A DNA stretch of 64,000 bases, taken from contig OZ336870.1 in assembly GCA_965287045.1 (NCBI GenBank), positions 32,054,001-32,118,000 on the forward strand, given 5' to 3'. The position numbers and the translations under genes were made by a program. This DNA is from Carcharhinus amblyrhynchos. Lineage: Eukaryota. Below the pieces are notes generated by a model. The model was not told the origin of the DNA. It did no database searches and was given only the letters and a program-made list of their open reading frames with translations. Below, in pieces: positions 12,056 through 25,439 of the stretch (position 1 is its first letter; every line of letters begins with the position of its first letter).

Positions 12056-12939
12056 CAGTTATAGTTTTGTAGGTCAGTTTGCTAAACTGTTTTTCTTGAC
12101 TGAGTGGATTTGTTCCCAGGATTCCTTCCTGACTGCTTTATTTTATATTTATAATCTCAGTGCACCTCTGAGCTCTCTCTCGTTCCTCTTAAGTTACAGG
12201 TAAGTTTTCCTACTTGGGCTTGCTCCTTTCTACATCCTCACTGAGTTGTAATCAGTAATTGGCACCAGTGCTCGGTGTTGTGCTAGTGGCACACACCTGT
12301 TTACAAGTCTGGTTTTCACACGTGCTTGATTGGACATTGTTTTAATGAAACAGTATGTGTGTGTTCCTTGCACCCACTTCCACTGAAGGTGTGGAGTGGG
12401 CTGTTCAGCACCATGGTTCAGGGACTGAGTGAGATGAGACCTGGAGGTTGTGGGATGTCGAGTACCTTCATGGGGGATGGGGGTAGGGAGAAGAGTCCAC
12501 ATCATCTTCATCTGCCTTTTCTCCTGCAGCAACTGGTGCTGCTCTGCCTTGCTTCATGTCCTTCTTCCATTTCTCCCACAGAGCTAGAGGAAAGTTAGAA
12601 AGATGTTGCTGACCAAACATCTCCTTTTGCACGGTGACTGGTATAAGGCAGAGTAGCACAGCACCTCCTGTTTTTAGGTGACGATCAGAGTATTTCCAGT
12701 ATGAAAGTTGACAGTGTTGGTGAAGTCTTGACCAAATGTCCCAAAGTTTCCCAGCACATTTTCAAAAATCCTCTTCAAATCTACGGCAACAATTAAGAAG
12801 CAATATACTTAATCAGCTGCTCAGGAGCTTAGGAGAGGGTGCTTGGTCAAAGACAATCCATTAAAATGCTGTGGAACCTCAGTAATGAGTGCAGCAGGAA
12901 ATTGACATTTCAATCAGCTGCTTAACAATCTTCTGAGAG

Positions 12940-13266
12940 AATCTCTACAGTACAGAAAGAGGCCATTCGGCCCATTGAGTCTGCACCGAACACAATCCCA
13001 CCCAGGCACCGCCCCACATCCCTACATTTACCCACTAATCCACTTAACCTATGCATCTCAGGACACTAAGGGCAATTTTAGCAAGGCCAATCAGCTTAGC
13101 CCGCACATCTTTGGACTGTAGGAGGAAACCAGAGCATCCAGCAGAAACACACAGACACGAGGAGGATGTGCAAACTCCACACAGACTGTGAGCCAAGCCA
13201 GGAATTGAACCCAGGTCCCTAGAGCTGTGAAGCAGAAGTGCTAACCACTGTGCTACTGTGCCTCCC
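12940..13266 (-). mobile_element. HE1-type V-SINE, tail type 1
   Basis: head, V core and CR1-like tail. Confidence 0.9.
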
Positions 13267-13469
13267 ACAGACTCTGGTTTTATTGCAAACATCAGATCTT
13301 ATCAAGATGACATCTTGTGCTAAATGTGAGCAAAACTGGCATTTTTATTTAAGATAAATCTTGGCCATCCACAAGACTCAAGCCTTGATTTTTCACCTTG
13401 ACTTCGTTTAATGTGTAAAAGTCCTTTGCTGATGTGAGGACGGGCTAAAGCAGATTAATTTACAATATG

Positions 13470-13780
13470 ATATTTAAAGTTTATTTATCAGTGTCACAGA
13501 CAGGCTGACATTAACACTGTAATGAAGTTACTGTGAAAATCCCCTAGTCGCCATTCTCCAGCGGCTGTTTGGGTATACCGAGAGAGAATTTAGCACGGCC
13601 AATGCACCTAACCAGCACTTCTTTCGGACTGTGGGAGGAAACCGGAGCAGCCAGGGAAACCCACATAAACACAGGGAGAACATGTTGACTTCCCATAGAT
13701 AGTCACCCAAGCTGGAAATCAAAACCAGGTCCTTAGCGCTGTAAGACAGCAATGCTGACCACTGTGCCACCATGCCACCC
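13470..13780 (-). mobile_element. HE1-type V-SINE, tail type 2
   Basis: same head and core; tail ...ttcacagtaacttcattacagtgttaatgtcagcctgtctgtgacactgataaataaactt. Confidence 0.88.
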
Positions 13781-14199
13781 CTCTTTTCTGAGGATATCTT
13801 CTCAATTCTGTTCCATTCTTCATTTGACAGATAGCTTAACTCACTTTATCAGAAACTCTGGGGATAAAAATGGCAGGATTGCACCCTTCCATTGGCAGAT
13901 CACAGATCTTTCCTCTAATCAGATCCAGTCTATGAACTTCCTCCTGTGCAGATTTAAAACTTTATTTCCTGCTTGCTGCATGTGCTGACCCTTAAAATTT
14001 GTAGGGTCTGATCACCCCCACAGCCGCCTTTTTAATAGGTGGTCCTATCTTTTGTAACATTAGTCCTAAGCAGCTACTTACTCCCACACCATCACAGACA
14101 TGGATTCACAATTAGTCAGAGTAAATATTGTTTTCACGACATTCACTGGATTAGTAACTTGATAATAATCTGGAACATGAATACTCTTTAAAAAATCCC

Positions 14200-14565
14200 A
14201 ACCTCAAACTCCTAAGTGCTTACTAATTATCATCCATCTTCAGTCTCTCCTTCCTCTCCAAAATCCTTGAATGTGTTTTCTTTTTACCAAGAACTCTGTC
14301 TGAATTCCTGCAGTTATATTTCTCCCCATCCCACAGCAATAAGGCAGCCTTGACTAAAGTTATGACTGAAATTCTCTGTTTATTATGATTGTGTTGGATT
14401 ATCCTTCCTGATCCTTCTCAGATTCTCTGCTTCTACAAGTGGGATCTTACCATCCTCCTCCAATGCTGTACCTATGTTGTTCAGTTCAGCTGAGCTGCCC
14501 TCGCTTAGATTTACTCTTATCTTTCTAATTCAAACCATCTGATCTGTGAACCATGTTTGGTGATG
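14200..14565 (+). mobile_element. Highly decayed L2-like LINE RT fragment (host of the young CR1; continues 15483-15545)
   Basis: remnants of AALTKV..EIL, LAWF.SYLSN and, after the CR1, ttccctaaggatc (PQGS-like). Confidence 0.5.
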
Positions 14566-14567
14566 AT

Positions 14568-15482
14568 TTAGAACATATAGAACATAGAACATAGAACATT
14601 ACAGCGCAGAACAGGCCCTTCGGCCCACGATGTTGCGCCGACCAGTTACAAAACAATGACCCACTAACCTAAACCAATCCCTTTTCGTCCATAAACCTAT
14701 CCACGGATCTCTTAAACGCCCCCAAACTAGGCGCGTTTACAACTGCAGCAGGCAGGGCATTCCAATCCCTCACCACCCTCTGGGTAAAGAACCTACCCCT
14801 GACATCCGTCCTATAACTACCACCCCTTAATTTAAAGCCATGCCCCCTCGTGCTAGATTTCTCCATCAGAGGAAAAAGGCTATTACTATCCACCCTATCT
14901 AAACCTCTAATCATCTTATATGTTTCAATAAGATCCCCTCTTAGCCGCCTTCTTTCCAGCGAAAACAACCCCAAATCCCTCAGCCTCTCCTCATAGGACC
15001 TCCCCTCCATACCAGGCAACATCCTGGTAAACCTCCTCTGCACCCTCTCCAAAGCCTCCACATCCTTCCTGTAATGTGGGGACCAGAACTGCACACAGTA
15101 CTCCAAGTGCGGCCGCACCAGAGTTGTGTACAGTTGCAACATGACGCTGCGACTCCTAAATTCAATCCCCCTACCAATAAACGCCAAGACACCGTATGCC
15201 TTCTTAACAACCTTATCTACTTGACTCCCAACTTTCAGGGATCTATGTACACATACACCTAGATCCCTCTGCTCCTCCACACTATTCAAAGTCCTCCCGT
15301 TAGCCCTATACTCGACACATCTGTTATTCCTACCAAAGTGAATTACCTCACACTTCTCCGCATTAAACTCCATCCGCCACCTCTCGGCCCAGCTCTGCAA
15401 CCTGTCTAAGTCTACCTGCAAACTATGACACCCTTCATCACTATCTACCACACCTCCGACTTTGGTGTCATCAGCAAATTTC
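14568..15482 (-). mobile_element. Young 5'-truncated CR1 LINE, intact ORF2 C-terminus
   Basis: uninterrupted ~270-aa ORF KFADDTKVGG...RPHLEYCVQFWSP...; CpG-rich; 3' (GTTCTAT)n microsatellite tail. Confidence 0.97.
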
Positions 15483-15900
15483 TCTCCCAACTTTAAAACA
15501 CCATTGTGTTAATTCCCTAAGGATCAATCTGCATGCCTTGCCCCAGACAAAAAGTCAGCATCTAAAATGTACACATATGACTCCCAGTTCAACTGCACTT
15601 ACAACTTCCAGTTCAACATTAGTCAACCTTATCATTTCCTCTGTGCTGTCAGACTGCTTGTCTGTCTTGGATGAGTTGTAAATTCCTCCAACTAAACATT
15701 GAAATGACTGAAGCCAAAAAGTCTGTGCCGTTGACATCAACTGCATTGCCTATTTGGGAGAGGTTGCAGAAATTGGCAGGGCGAAGGTTTAAATTTGTAA
15801 ATGAGAAAATCAGACTTGAAGTGCTAGGAAGCCAGAGGTAAACGTAGGTCAAAGACAAGAGTGAGTAGAGTTTGGTGTGAGACCGAATATAGTCAGCATT

Positions 15901-16027
15901 GGCCAGAATTTTACCATCCCGCCCGCCACGGGAATCAGCGTGGGCAAGGTGCAAACAATGGGAAGCTCCTTTGATCTCGGGTGAAATTTTACCATTTCGG
16001 GACGGGCAAGGCCGTACAATCTTGCCC
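15901..16027. mobile_element. PIF/Harbinger-type MITE with 3-bp TSD
   Basis: ATT|ggccagaattttac ... gtacaatcttgccc|ATT. Confidence 0.75.
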
Positions 16028-16031
16028 ATTG

Positions 16032-16333
16032 TTCATAGAATCTTCAATGCATTTGGCTCATTGAGCCTGCACCGACAGCAGTCCTACCCAGGTCTTATCC
16101 CTGTAAAACAACATATTTACCTTCCTAATCCACTAAGGGGCAATTTTCTATGGCCAATCCACCTAACCCGCACATGTCTGGACTGTGGGAGGAAACCGGA
16201 GCACTCGGAAGAAACCCACGTGGACATGAGGAGAACATGCAAACTCCACACAGACACTGACCTGAGCCCGGAATCGAACCTGGATCCCTGGCACTGTGAG
16301 ACAGCTGTGCTAACCACTGTGCTACTGTGCCAC
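16032..16333 (-). mobile_element. HE1-type V-SINE, tail type 1
   Basis: head and V core recognisable. Confidence 0.88.
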
Positions 16334-16454
16334 TCAGTTGTTCTAGATGAGCTGAAGTTTACAGTGTGTGAAGGATGAAAAGCTGCTAGAGGAGCATTTG
16401 GAACAGTTGAGTTAACAAATGACTAAAGCAAGAGTGAGTTTTCAGCATCAGATG

Positions 16455-16797
16455 GGGGTCAGGGGTTGAAATAGTCAGAAGTTTTTCCCCAGGGTGAAAG
16501 AGTGAATTACTAGCAGGCACAGGTTTAAGGTATGAGGGGCAAGGTTTAAAGGCGATGTACGAGGCAGACTTTTTACAGAGGTTGGTGGGTGCCTGGAACT
16601 CGCTGCCGGGGGGAGGGAGTGGAAGCAGATACGATAGTGGCTTTTAAGGGGCATCTTGACAAATACATGAATAGGATGGGAATAGAGGGATATGGTCTCC
16701 AGAAGGTTAAGAGGTTTTAGTTAAGCTGGGCAGCATGGTCGGTGCAGGCTTGGAGGGCCAAGGGGCCTGTTCCTGTGCTGTAATTTTCTTTGTTCTA
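16455..16797 (+). mobile_element. CR1 LINE 3' fragment
   Basis: ...ggcacaggtttaagg...cctggaactcgctgcc...cctgttcctgtgctgtaattttctttgttct; same subfamily at 58440-58800. Confidence 0.88.
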
Positions 16798-17415
16798 ATT
16801 CATGGAGGTAGAAATGTTCAGTCCTTATGATGAAGAAGATTGGAAGATCAGCCCTGGGTTAAATAAAAATCTAGAGGTAGCATACAGTTTAGATGAACTT
16901 GGGATGTGATAAAGGCATTTTTCATTAGAACTATGTTTTAAAAGTTTTGGCAGTAGCCAGCACCCTTTATACCTCATAATTTGAAGTGTCAAAAACAAGT
17001 AAAAGAGAGAAATAAAAGCAGCCATTGCATTTTTCCTGGCTTAGAGCCAGAACTGTGTAAGTTTCTTCTAATCTGCAGACCCTCTTTACCAATTAACAAT
17101 TAAACTCAGACTTTGGGGACTCTGGCCATTGGATCTAGCAACTTAAAGATACAGATCAGCTGGTTCACACTGCTGACCATCTTAAGCAAATTGTGGATTA
17201 TGTGGTCTGACTCTCCTGTCAGTATGCATTAATCTGATTTTCAATGAACAATGCTGTGGGACAGTTGCCATATTTTGCATTTGGCATGTTGAAGGGTTTA
17301 CTGGATTTTAATATCAATAATCAGAGCAAACCAATTTAAAAATAGTGAAAAGGGATGGAAGTTGTGTCTGCATTGCATCAATTTCTCCTATGTGTCTGCA
17401 TTAGAATCTTGTTTC

Positions 17416-17740
17416 TCCATAGAATCCTTACAGTGCAGAAGGAAGTAATTCAGCCCATCGAGTCTGCACCGACCATAATCCCACCCAGTCCCTATCCCTG
17501 TAGCCCCATTTATTTACCCTGCTAGTCCCCCGACACTAAGTGGCAATTTAGCATGGCCAATGCAGCTAATCAGCACACCTTTGGAGTGCGGGGGGAAACC
17601 GGAGCATCCAGAGGAAACACATGCAGACATGGGGAGAGCATGCAAACTCCACACAGACAGTGACCCAAGCCGGGAGTCAAACCCGGGTGCCTGGCGCTGT
17701 GAGGCAGCAGTGCTAACCACTGTGTCAGCCTGCCACCCCT
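17416..17740 (-). mobile_element. HE1-type V-SINE, tail type 1
   Basis: head, core and tail. Confidence 0.9.
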
Positions 17741-18273
17741 ATTTATTTCTATTCACCCTGGCAGAACGAGATGAAATGTTCTTCTGGCTGTCTGGATCTT
17801 ATGTGAAGTCAGTTTGGGAAAACTCAACCTCGTGTCTCAGAGGGCTGGAGCTCTTTGTTTGGCACCAACAACAAAGGGTGATTGGTGTATAAAGTATGAA
17901 GTATCACACTGCTATGATGGAGGAATTCTCCTGAAGATTATGCTGTTGTTGGGCATAACTGCGTGTTTGATCTGAGAGTACTTGATGCTCACATCAAACA
18001 GCCAAGATGGCAAAGTGGTCCATCCTCCAATACAATCATTGAGCATTTAATTCACCCAATAAAAAGAACCCACAATGTCATTCAGTTGACAGAATGACAC
18101 TGGCTTCATAGACAGGGTGTGAGAATATTCACCCACTCCCATTGCTGGGGAAGCATTGCAGTCTTCAATTAGAGAGAAGGAAGGATGAGAGAAAGAATCA
18201 GCTGATTGAAAATAAAAGGCAGGGCGGAGGAAAAAGTTACTTTCAGTTAAATTCAAGCTGCTTTTATTCACAG

Positions 18274-18378
18274 ATACACTTTTTGTGCGGACAATCGCGG
18301 AGTCATGAAAATTTCACCAGGAAGTGGAATGATGTTCACCAAATGTCTGGATGGCTGGCCAATCAAAAGCAAGACAAG
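18274..18378 (+). CDS. LIPG: Endothelial lipase exon 9 equivalent
   Basis: cttttattcacag|ATACAC...GACAAG|gtactg; 105 bp, phase 2; YTFCADNRGVMKISPGSGMMFTKCLDGWPIKSKT, aligning to the EL C-terminal disulfide region (TFC...ISPG...KC.DGW). Confidence 0.92.
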
Positions 18379-18849
18379 GTACTGGGCACCATTTCAATGT
18401 TTACATCTTTGTTCACACTTCAGGATCTGTTTGTAGGTTAAGGAAAGTTGTAAATTATTTCTCTCATGCCATACACCTTAATAATGTAAACAAAATTCAA
18501 ATCTATCAGCTGGATATGCATGATGTAAACATTTTGAATATGAGCTAACTCTTGTTGCCACTGCACAGTGACTGGTGCGCATTACTCCCCAAAACCAGAC
18601 TGACAAGTATTATCAGTGCTCTGGCAAGATACAGTATGCAATGTTGTTAAGGCTCAGGTTTAATTTACTTTCACTATGCTGCCCATATCATTAGTGGAAT
18701 AAGTGGACAGAACTCTAGTTTGTCACCATTTATTGCAAACAGGCACTAAGTTTTGAGTGTAGTTTTCCAGAACTGATTTTTTTCTTGGCCCAACTTCACC
18801 ATCCAGTCTGCGTACATGATGCTTAAAATATTGCAGCTGCTAAAAATGC

Positions 18850-19375
18850 GAACATAAGAACTAGGAGCAGGAGTAGGCCATCTGGTCCCTCAAGCTTGCT
18901 CCGCCATTCAATAAGATCATGGCTAATCTTTGTGTGGACTCAGCTCTACTTACCTGCCCGCTCACCATAACCCTTAATTCCTTTACTGTTCAAAAATTTA
19001 TCTATCCTTGCTTTAAAAACATTCATTGAGGTAGCCTGAACTGCTTCACTGGGCAGGGAATTCCACAGATTCACAACCCATTGTATGAAGAAGTTCTCCT
19101 CAACTCAGTCCTAAATCTGCTCCCCCTTGTTTTGATGATATGCCCCCAGGTTCTAGTTTCACCCTCCAATGGAAACAATCTCCTTACTTCAACCTTATCT
19201 ATTCCCTTCATAATCTTATGTTTCTATAAGATCTCCCCTCATTCTTCTGAATTCCAATGAGTATAGTCCCAGTCTATTCAGTCTTTCCTCATAAGCCAAC
19301 CCTCTCAATTACAAAATCAACCTAGTGAATCTCCTCTGCACCCCCTCCAGTGCCAGTATATCCTTTCTTAAGTGA
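18850..19375 (-). mobile_element. CR1 LINE 3' fragment in the last LIPG intron
   Basis: reverse complement encodes DILALEGVQRRFTRL...; tail cctactcctgctcctagttcttatgtt. Confidence 0.9.
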
Positions 19376-19867
19376 AATAAAAACAAGCTGCAGGAAATAC
19401 TCAGGTCAGGCAGTATCTGTGTAGAGAAAGAGTTAAATTATCAGATTGATGAACAGTTCTGATGGAAGCTCATCTACCTGAAACTTTGTTTTAACTCTAT
19501 TCCTCTATAATACATAGCTTGAAAGGCAAAGTTAAAATGCTGTGGAGGAGGATTGAGTATCAGAATATACAATTAAAATTGGGGATCAGGAATCAGATTA
19601 AAAATTAGGGGGATTTTTTCTTAATGAAGGAAGACTTGCCAAATCATTTACTATGAATGCCAATGAGACGGATAACATAAATGGGTCAAAGAAATAGCTC
19701 AATATGTTTCGGAGACTGAAGGATAAAGTGAGAAAACGAGTAGATGAATTGAAATAAATCTAAGTTGCTTTGTTTTTTTTTGTCTTGTCCTTCAATTGTT
19801 TTTGTGAGCTTGAGTAGAATTCATATTGCTCATAAAACCTTTTCTTTTCCCTGTTCAATTTCTTCAG

Positions 19868-19880
19868 TTTGCACTCTTAA
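19868..19880 (+). CDS. LIPG: Endothelial lipase terminal coding exon (exon 10 equivalent), S-L-H-S-stop
   Basis: strong pyrimidine tract cttttcttttccctgttcaatttcttcag|T TTG CAC TCT TAA; completes the phase-2 codon of exon 9; followed by repeat-free AT-rich UTR-like sequence. Confidence 0.72.
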
Positions 19881-20365
19881 CATTGCTGCGGTATTCTTTG
19901 GAGGGACTTTGAGGTCTAAGCTTCCTGGTCCATGGTTGACTTTTTGCTGGATGCTGTCCTGGAAGAATAACAGCAGCTTATCCTGTGAGAGATGATTCCT
20001 GCTGAACAGTTATTTCGTTTACTCTGCTGGGCTTGATAAGCACCCTATACTTCAGTAAGAAGAGGGACTTCCTGAACTTTGGTTGTGATGGACTGAGAGT
20101 TACATTTGTACTTTTCCTCTTTTGCAAAGCCCACAAACAGACATTGTGCGCAAGCCACAGCTTCCACTGCAATGACTCCTCCTAATGCTATAAGCCACAT
20201 TGATTTTTATACTGCTGATAATTTAAATAAAAAAGTCAATTTCACAATCCTATTTGTATATATTGTATTGCTACATTTTTGTACATTGTGGACTTACATT
20301 TGTTAAATGCTATTTATATATCAAAGTGCTGTATATTTGAAAATAAAATTATTTTTCTGTAATAA
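19881..20365 (+). other. LIPG: Putative LIPG 3' UTR with polyadenylation signals
   Basis: AATAAA at 20226-20231 and 20342-20347; AT-rich distal part with ATTTA and TATTTAT motifs; ends just before a SINE at ~20465. Confidence 0.6.
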
Positions 20366-20464
20366 TTGGTAAGAGTTGAATGAATGAATAGAGTGCTAAG
20401 TTTGACACTTTCTGTTCAAAAGGTTCAGGCTCTTCCTGGTTCTTTGTGATCAGTAGTGCTTCAA

Positions 20465-20760
20465 TCTCTTCCTCAAGCAGCAGTTCAGGCCTCACAGTAT
20501 CAGGGAACTAGGTTTGATTCCCAGCTTGGGTCACTATCTGTGTGGAGTCTGCATTTTCTCCCTGTGTCTGCGTGGGTTTCCTCCAGTTTCTTCTCATAAT
20601 CTGAAAGACGTGCTGGTTAGGTGCATTGCCCATGCTAAATTCTTCCTCAGTGTACTCAAACAGATGCCGGAATGTGACAACTAGGGTATTTTGACAGTAA
20701 CTTCATTGCAGTGTTATTGTAACCCTACTTTTGACAATAATAAATAAACTTAAAAAAAAA
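20465..20760 (+). mobile_element. HE1-type V-SINE, tail type 2
   Basis: V core plus ...cagtaacttcattgcagtgttattgtaaccctacttttgacaataataaataaactt. Confidence 0.85.
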
Positions 20761-20789
20761 ACACATTCCCCACCCGCATCTCTTGCCCA

Positions 20790-21500
20790 AAATGTGTCCT
20801 AGAGTCCTTGCTCTATCAGCTAATAGGGGCAAGTCTTCATTGTCTACCTTATCTAAATGTCTTGTGTATCAAATCTCATCATAATTTTCTTTGCTCTAAT
20901 AACAATCCCAGCTTCTCCAAACTTGTAGCTAAAATCCTTGCCAATCTGGTAAATCTTTATTACATCCTCTCAATGACCCTCGCATCCTTCCTAACGTTGG
21001 TGACCAGAACACAACACAATACTCTAGATATGACTAATCTGAGCTTTGTAAAGGTTCAGTAGAATTTCCCTGTTTCTGTACTCAGTGCAATCATTTGCAA
21101 AGCCCAAGATCCCATTCGCTTTGCTAATTGTGTTCAATGATCAATAGCATGAACTTGCAAGTCCCACTGTCCCTGCAAAATTGTTAGAACTTTTTCACAA
21201 AGTCTATAATTCAAATTCTTATCCCATCTGACACTTCGCTATATTGAATTTCACCCACTGTTTGTATACACATTCTGCTACCTTGTGTCCTGTTTAGGCA
21301 TTCGCATCATTCTCACTGTCACACCTCCAAGTTTGGTATCATCTGCAAACATTTAAACTTTAAATCACTGATATAGATCAACAAAAGCAATGGTCTTAAC
21401 ACTGACCCTTTGGGAACACTATTGCCTACTATAATCTCAAATCCTCTGACATGTCTCCTGTAATAGTTGGAACTTTGCAAGATTATGGCAAGTCCTTCAG
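20790..21500 (-). mobile_element. Old decayed CR1 fragment (host of the young CR1)
   Basis: remnants VPKGSVLRPLLLLIYISDL and tttgcagatgatacc (FADDT). Confidence 0.75.
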
Positions 21501-21507
21501 CTATCTC

Positions 21508-22261
21508 GAAAAACTGCAGCAGGCGACGGTGCAGAGGGACCTCGGGGTCCTTATGCATGAGTCGCAAAAACCCAGCTTGCAGGTGCAGCAGGTGGTCAGG
21601 AAGGCGAATGGGATGCTGGCCTTCATAGCGAGGGGGATTGAATATAAAAGTAGGGAGGTCTTGCTGCAGCTGTATAGGACATTGGTGAGGCCGCAGCTGG
21701 AGTACTGTGTGCAGTTTTGGGCGCCGCACCTGCGCAAAGATATTTTGGCCTTGGAGGGAGTGCAGAGGAGGTTTACTAGGCTGATACCGGAGTTGAGGGG
21801 GTTGAGCTATGAGGAGAGGCTGAATAAACTAGGCTTGTACTCGTTGGAGTTTAGAAGAATGAGGGGAGATCTCATTGAGACATATAAGATGATGAATGGG
21901 ATGGATAGGATAGAGGTGGAGAGACTCTTCCCGCTCAAAAAAGACAGTAGGACTAGGGGGCACAGCCTCAAGATAAAGGGGGGGCGGTTTAGAACGGAGT
22001 TGAGGAGGAACTTCCTCACTCAAAGGGTGGTGAATCTCTGGAATTCTCTGCCCGTTGAAGTGGCGGAGGCTGCCTCGCTAAATATTTTTAAGACGCGGGT
22101 TGATGGGTTTTTGATAAGAGAGGGGATTAAGGGTTATGGGGAGAGGGCGGGAAGGTGGAACTGAGCCGCGACAGATCAGCCATGATCTTATTGAATGGTG
22201 GGGCAGGCTCGAAGGGCTGGATGGCCTACTCCTGCTCCTATTTCTTATGTTCTTATGTTCT
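21508..22261 (+). mobile_element. Young 5'-truncated CR1 LINE with TSD
   Basis: intact ORF EKLQQATVQRDLGVL...GYGERAGRWN*; (TTCTTATG)n tail; TATCTC duplicated at 21502-21507 and 22262-22267. Confidence 0.96.
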
Positions 22262-22434
22262 TATCTCTGCTCCCACTATCTTTAGAAAGGCATTCGAACA
22301 TGGTGACTAATCTAGTCTAAGCATAGCCAACTTTTCCAATACATCCTGCATGTCAATTTTCATCCTCCCCATTACCTCTCCCATCAAATGTCCCCACCCC
22401 TTGAGTAAGAGTGATCAGAAGTTTGTAGGTTTCA

Positions 22435-22735
22435 GGATCCGCGTTCAATTCCAGCCCTGGGTGACTGCCTGTGGAGTTTGCACATTCTCCCGTGTCTGCA
22501 TGGCTGCGTCCAGATGCTCTGGTTTCTTCCTATAGTCCAAAGATTTGCGGGTTAGCCATTCTAAATTGTCTCTTTGTGTTCCAAGATGTGTAGATCAGAT
22601 GGGATTAGCCATGGTAAATGTGTGGGATTGCAGGGATAAGATGGAGGGAAGGGCCTGAGTAAGATACTCTGTCAGAGAGTCAGTGCAGACTCATGGGCAG
22701 AATAGCCTCTTCTGCCCAAGAGGAATTCTATGACT
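22435..22735 (+). mobile_element. HE1-type V-SINE, tail type 1 (5' truncated)
   Basis: V core and ggaattctatga tail. Confidence 0.82.
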
Positions 22736-23904
22736 ATACAAGAGAATGGAAAATCAATGGGAAGTTACCTCACTTACATGGAGTTGCAAGATTTAGAAAT
22801 AACTAATTTTTTTAGGGTTCAATATTGGTTTGAAGTAAGATCAGAAGATTTTGTCAGTTAAAGGTTTAAGTACGGGTTGAGTTTCTACTTGTGAGACAAT
22901 TGGGAAACAGGACAACCGGAAACCAAATGTTTGTAAGGGGGAAAAAAAATATTCTTGATGAACTAAGTAACTTTATAGTTGCCAGAAAAATATTAATTCA
23001 GACTATTTCTTAATAAGGGAAGAGGAACAGTCAGAATTAGGAATAAAAGTTGAAAATTCAGAGTCTTCTTTGGCACAGTTTCCCCATTGTTTCTGTGGTT
23101 TAATCCTTTTGTGACACATTTCAACATAATGCCATTCAGAGAAGAAGAGGAAAGGCATCATTTGTGCGGCAGTGCTCAAGGAAGCCTGGGCCATGAAGGA
23201 TAAGAAACTTACACACTACCTTCACTTCTTTTGTTAGTGTATATAACATCTTGCTTAATAAATTCTACTTGATCCATAATTGCTGGTAGTTGGTGTTGTG
23301 TTAGGTCAGGCACCACTGAGGGCCCCATTGTTGAAAATTGATAAGTAATTAAAAGGGTTTTATATCTTAAAATTCCTGAAACCTGCACGGTCAGTTGGTA
23401 CCTGTACTACTTGGGGCACATATCTGGAGTCTGATTGCTATCAAGTTTTCGCTAGGTGTGGTTGGACTGCCAAAGAATTTTAGTAACAAGACGGCCTCAA
23501 ACTCTTTCCATATAGGAACTTTATAATTTGATGGTGCCTTGATTTGAACTTGGTTTCCAGAGAGGGAAGTAGTTCTGTATGTTGCAATTCAGTTTATTAC
23601 TTAATCCCTGTCAGTCAGATATATTGACATACGAGGACATCATGGGTCACGTTAACAGTATCATAAAGAAGTATCGTTCTGTTTACGCCAGGGCTGTGTT
23701 GGTATAGATTGTGTCTGATTTTCCACATTCCTTATGCAATCAGCAGGTTAAATATAGATGAGCCGAAACTAGTCTTAACTCTGTAACTGCTGAGAAACTA
23801 CACTTGTTGGAGGCTTCAGCCATTCCCGATGTGTAATATGTTAATGCAAATTCTACTTTGAAAATGAAAATTGCCCCTCTAGATTTTCAGTACAGAGTAG
23901 TAGA

Positions 23905-24205
23905 GTTAAGATGGTAATGCCACTGGACTAGTAATTCAGAAGCCCAGGCTAACATTGCAAATTGAATTTAAATCCATGAATAAAATCTGGGATTGAAAGC
24001 AGTCTCAGAAATGGTGCCAATGAAGCTATGATCTGGCTTGCGAATGTTCTTTAGGGAGGGAAATCTGCTGTCCTTATCTGGTCTGGCCTAAATGTGTTTG
24101 ACCGCCTGTGAAATGGCCTTGTAAGCCTGGTCAGTTTGAGGGTAATCAGAGATGGGCAACAAATGCCTTGTTTGATGCCAAATCCCATGAAAGGATAAAA
24201 AAAAG
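23905..24205 (+). mobile_element. tRNA-derived SINE, third family
   Basis: ggtaatgccactggactagtaattcagaagcccaggc...tttagggagggaaatctgc...gatgggcaacaaatg...cccatgaaaggataaaaaaaa; same family as 57831-58190. Confidence 0.8.
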
Positions 24206-24974
24206 CATTTTTCACTCTGAAGAAGCTTCCAGACCCGCTGGGTTTTCCAGAATTTCCTGTTTTCAATTGCAATTGCCCATGAACTGAAGCTGGTGCAGTG
24301 TTTATCTGGTTGCAGAGGCCACAGCTCTAACCATCAGGTGTTTGGCATTGCCAGCCCCCCGTGCTGAGTGCCCATGCTGCTGTCTCAGCTTTGGGTTTCT
24401 ATGTGGTATTTTCCCTGTTGGCATTGACCCACTAAGGACACCGATCATACAGACATGACCTGCCCATTGCTATCATCTCATCAATACATGTTCGATCAAT
24501 GCATATTAGCCACTCCTTTTCATTCTTCCTGTAGCTTTGCTGGACTTGGGGATGAACACTAAGTCCCAAACAAAAGAGGGATTTTTTTTGGTTTAATAAA
24601 ACAGAACGACTCCTCACAATGAAAGAAGAGAGATGAATGACAAATATTGCTGTGTTATCAGACATCCAGGGTTTCCAGGATTCAGTGGGCTGTGCTGTAA
24701 TGTGTATTTGTGGGGTTGCTCTCTCTCTTTATCGCAGCTTATGCAAGGTCAGAGTATGTTCTTTTTGTCTCGCCTTGTTTTAATTTCTCTCCTCTCGGAG
24801 GTTACTAATCAGCTTCTTATCTCTTTTTGTCTGTGTGCATTGACATTTTCTCCTAATATTTGATTGGGAGCTGTGCCAATGAAGCATTGAAAGTCAGTTA
24901 TGGTTACTGATTTCTTGCAAGGTTATGACAGGAAGCATGCGCAGTCAGGGAAAAAAATTGACAATATGGAATTG

Positions 24975-25290
24975 TATCATAGAATCCTACACGCAGAAGG
25001 AGGCCATTTGGCCCAACAAGCATATACCGACAACAAGCCCACCGAGGTCCTATAGTTATAACCCCACGCATTTACCTGAGCTAGTCCCCAGACACTAAGG
25101 GTCAATTTAGCATGGCCAATCCACCTAACCCACATATCTTTGGAGCGTGGGAGGAAATCGGAGCACCCAAAGGAAATCCATGCAAACACGGGCAGAAGGT
25201 GCAAACTCCACACAGACAGTGACCCAAGCCAGGAATCAAACCCAGGTCCCTGGCGCTGTGAGACAGTAGTGCTAACCACCGTGCCACCCA
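24975..25290 (-). mobile_element. HE1-type V-SINE, tail type 1
   Basis: complete copy. Confidence 0.9.
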
Positions 25291-25439
25291 TATCATCAGG
25301 ACGTAGCCCTGCCAATGAATACAGAACTTGCTAACATCAAATGCAAAATTATAGATGTTTGGTAATGACTAGTAGATCAAAAATCTAATATTTCCCGTAA
25401 ATTGAGAATCTAAAAATGGAACTGTGAAGTCAATATTGT

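Noticed and set aside
3344-19880. Lipoprotein lipase (LPL) or hepatic lipase (LIPC) as the gene identity
   Set aside because: The lid is 19 aa, and AYGTIT.VV.CEHER, LNQDK and ISPG...KC.DGW are EL-type motifs.
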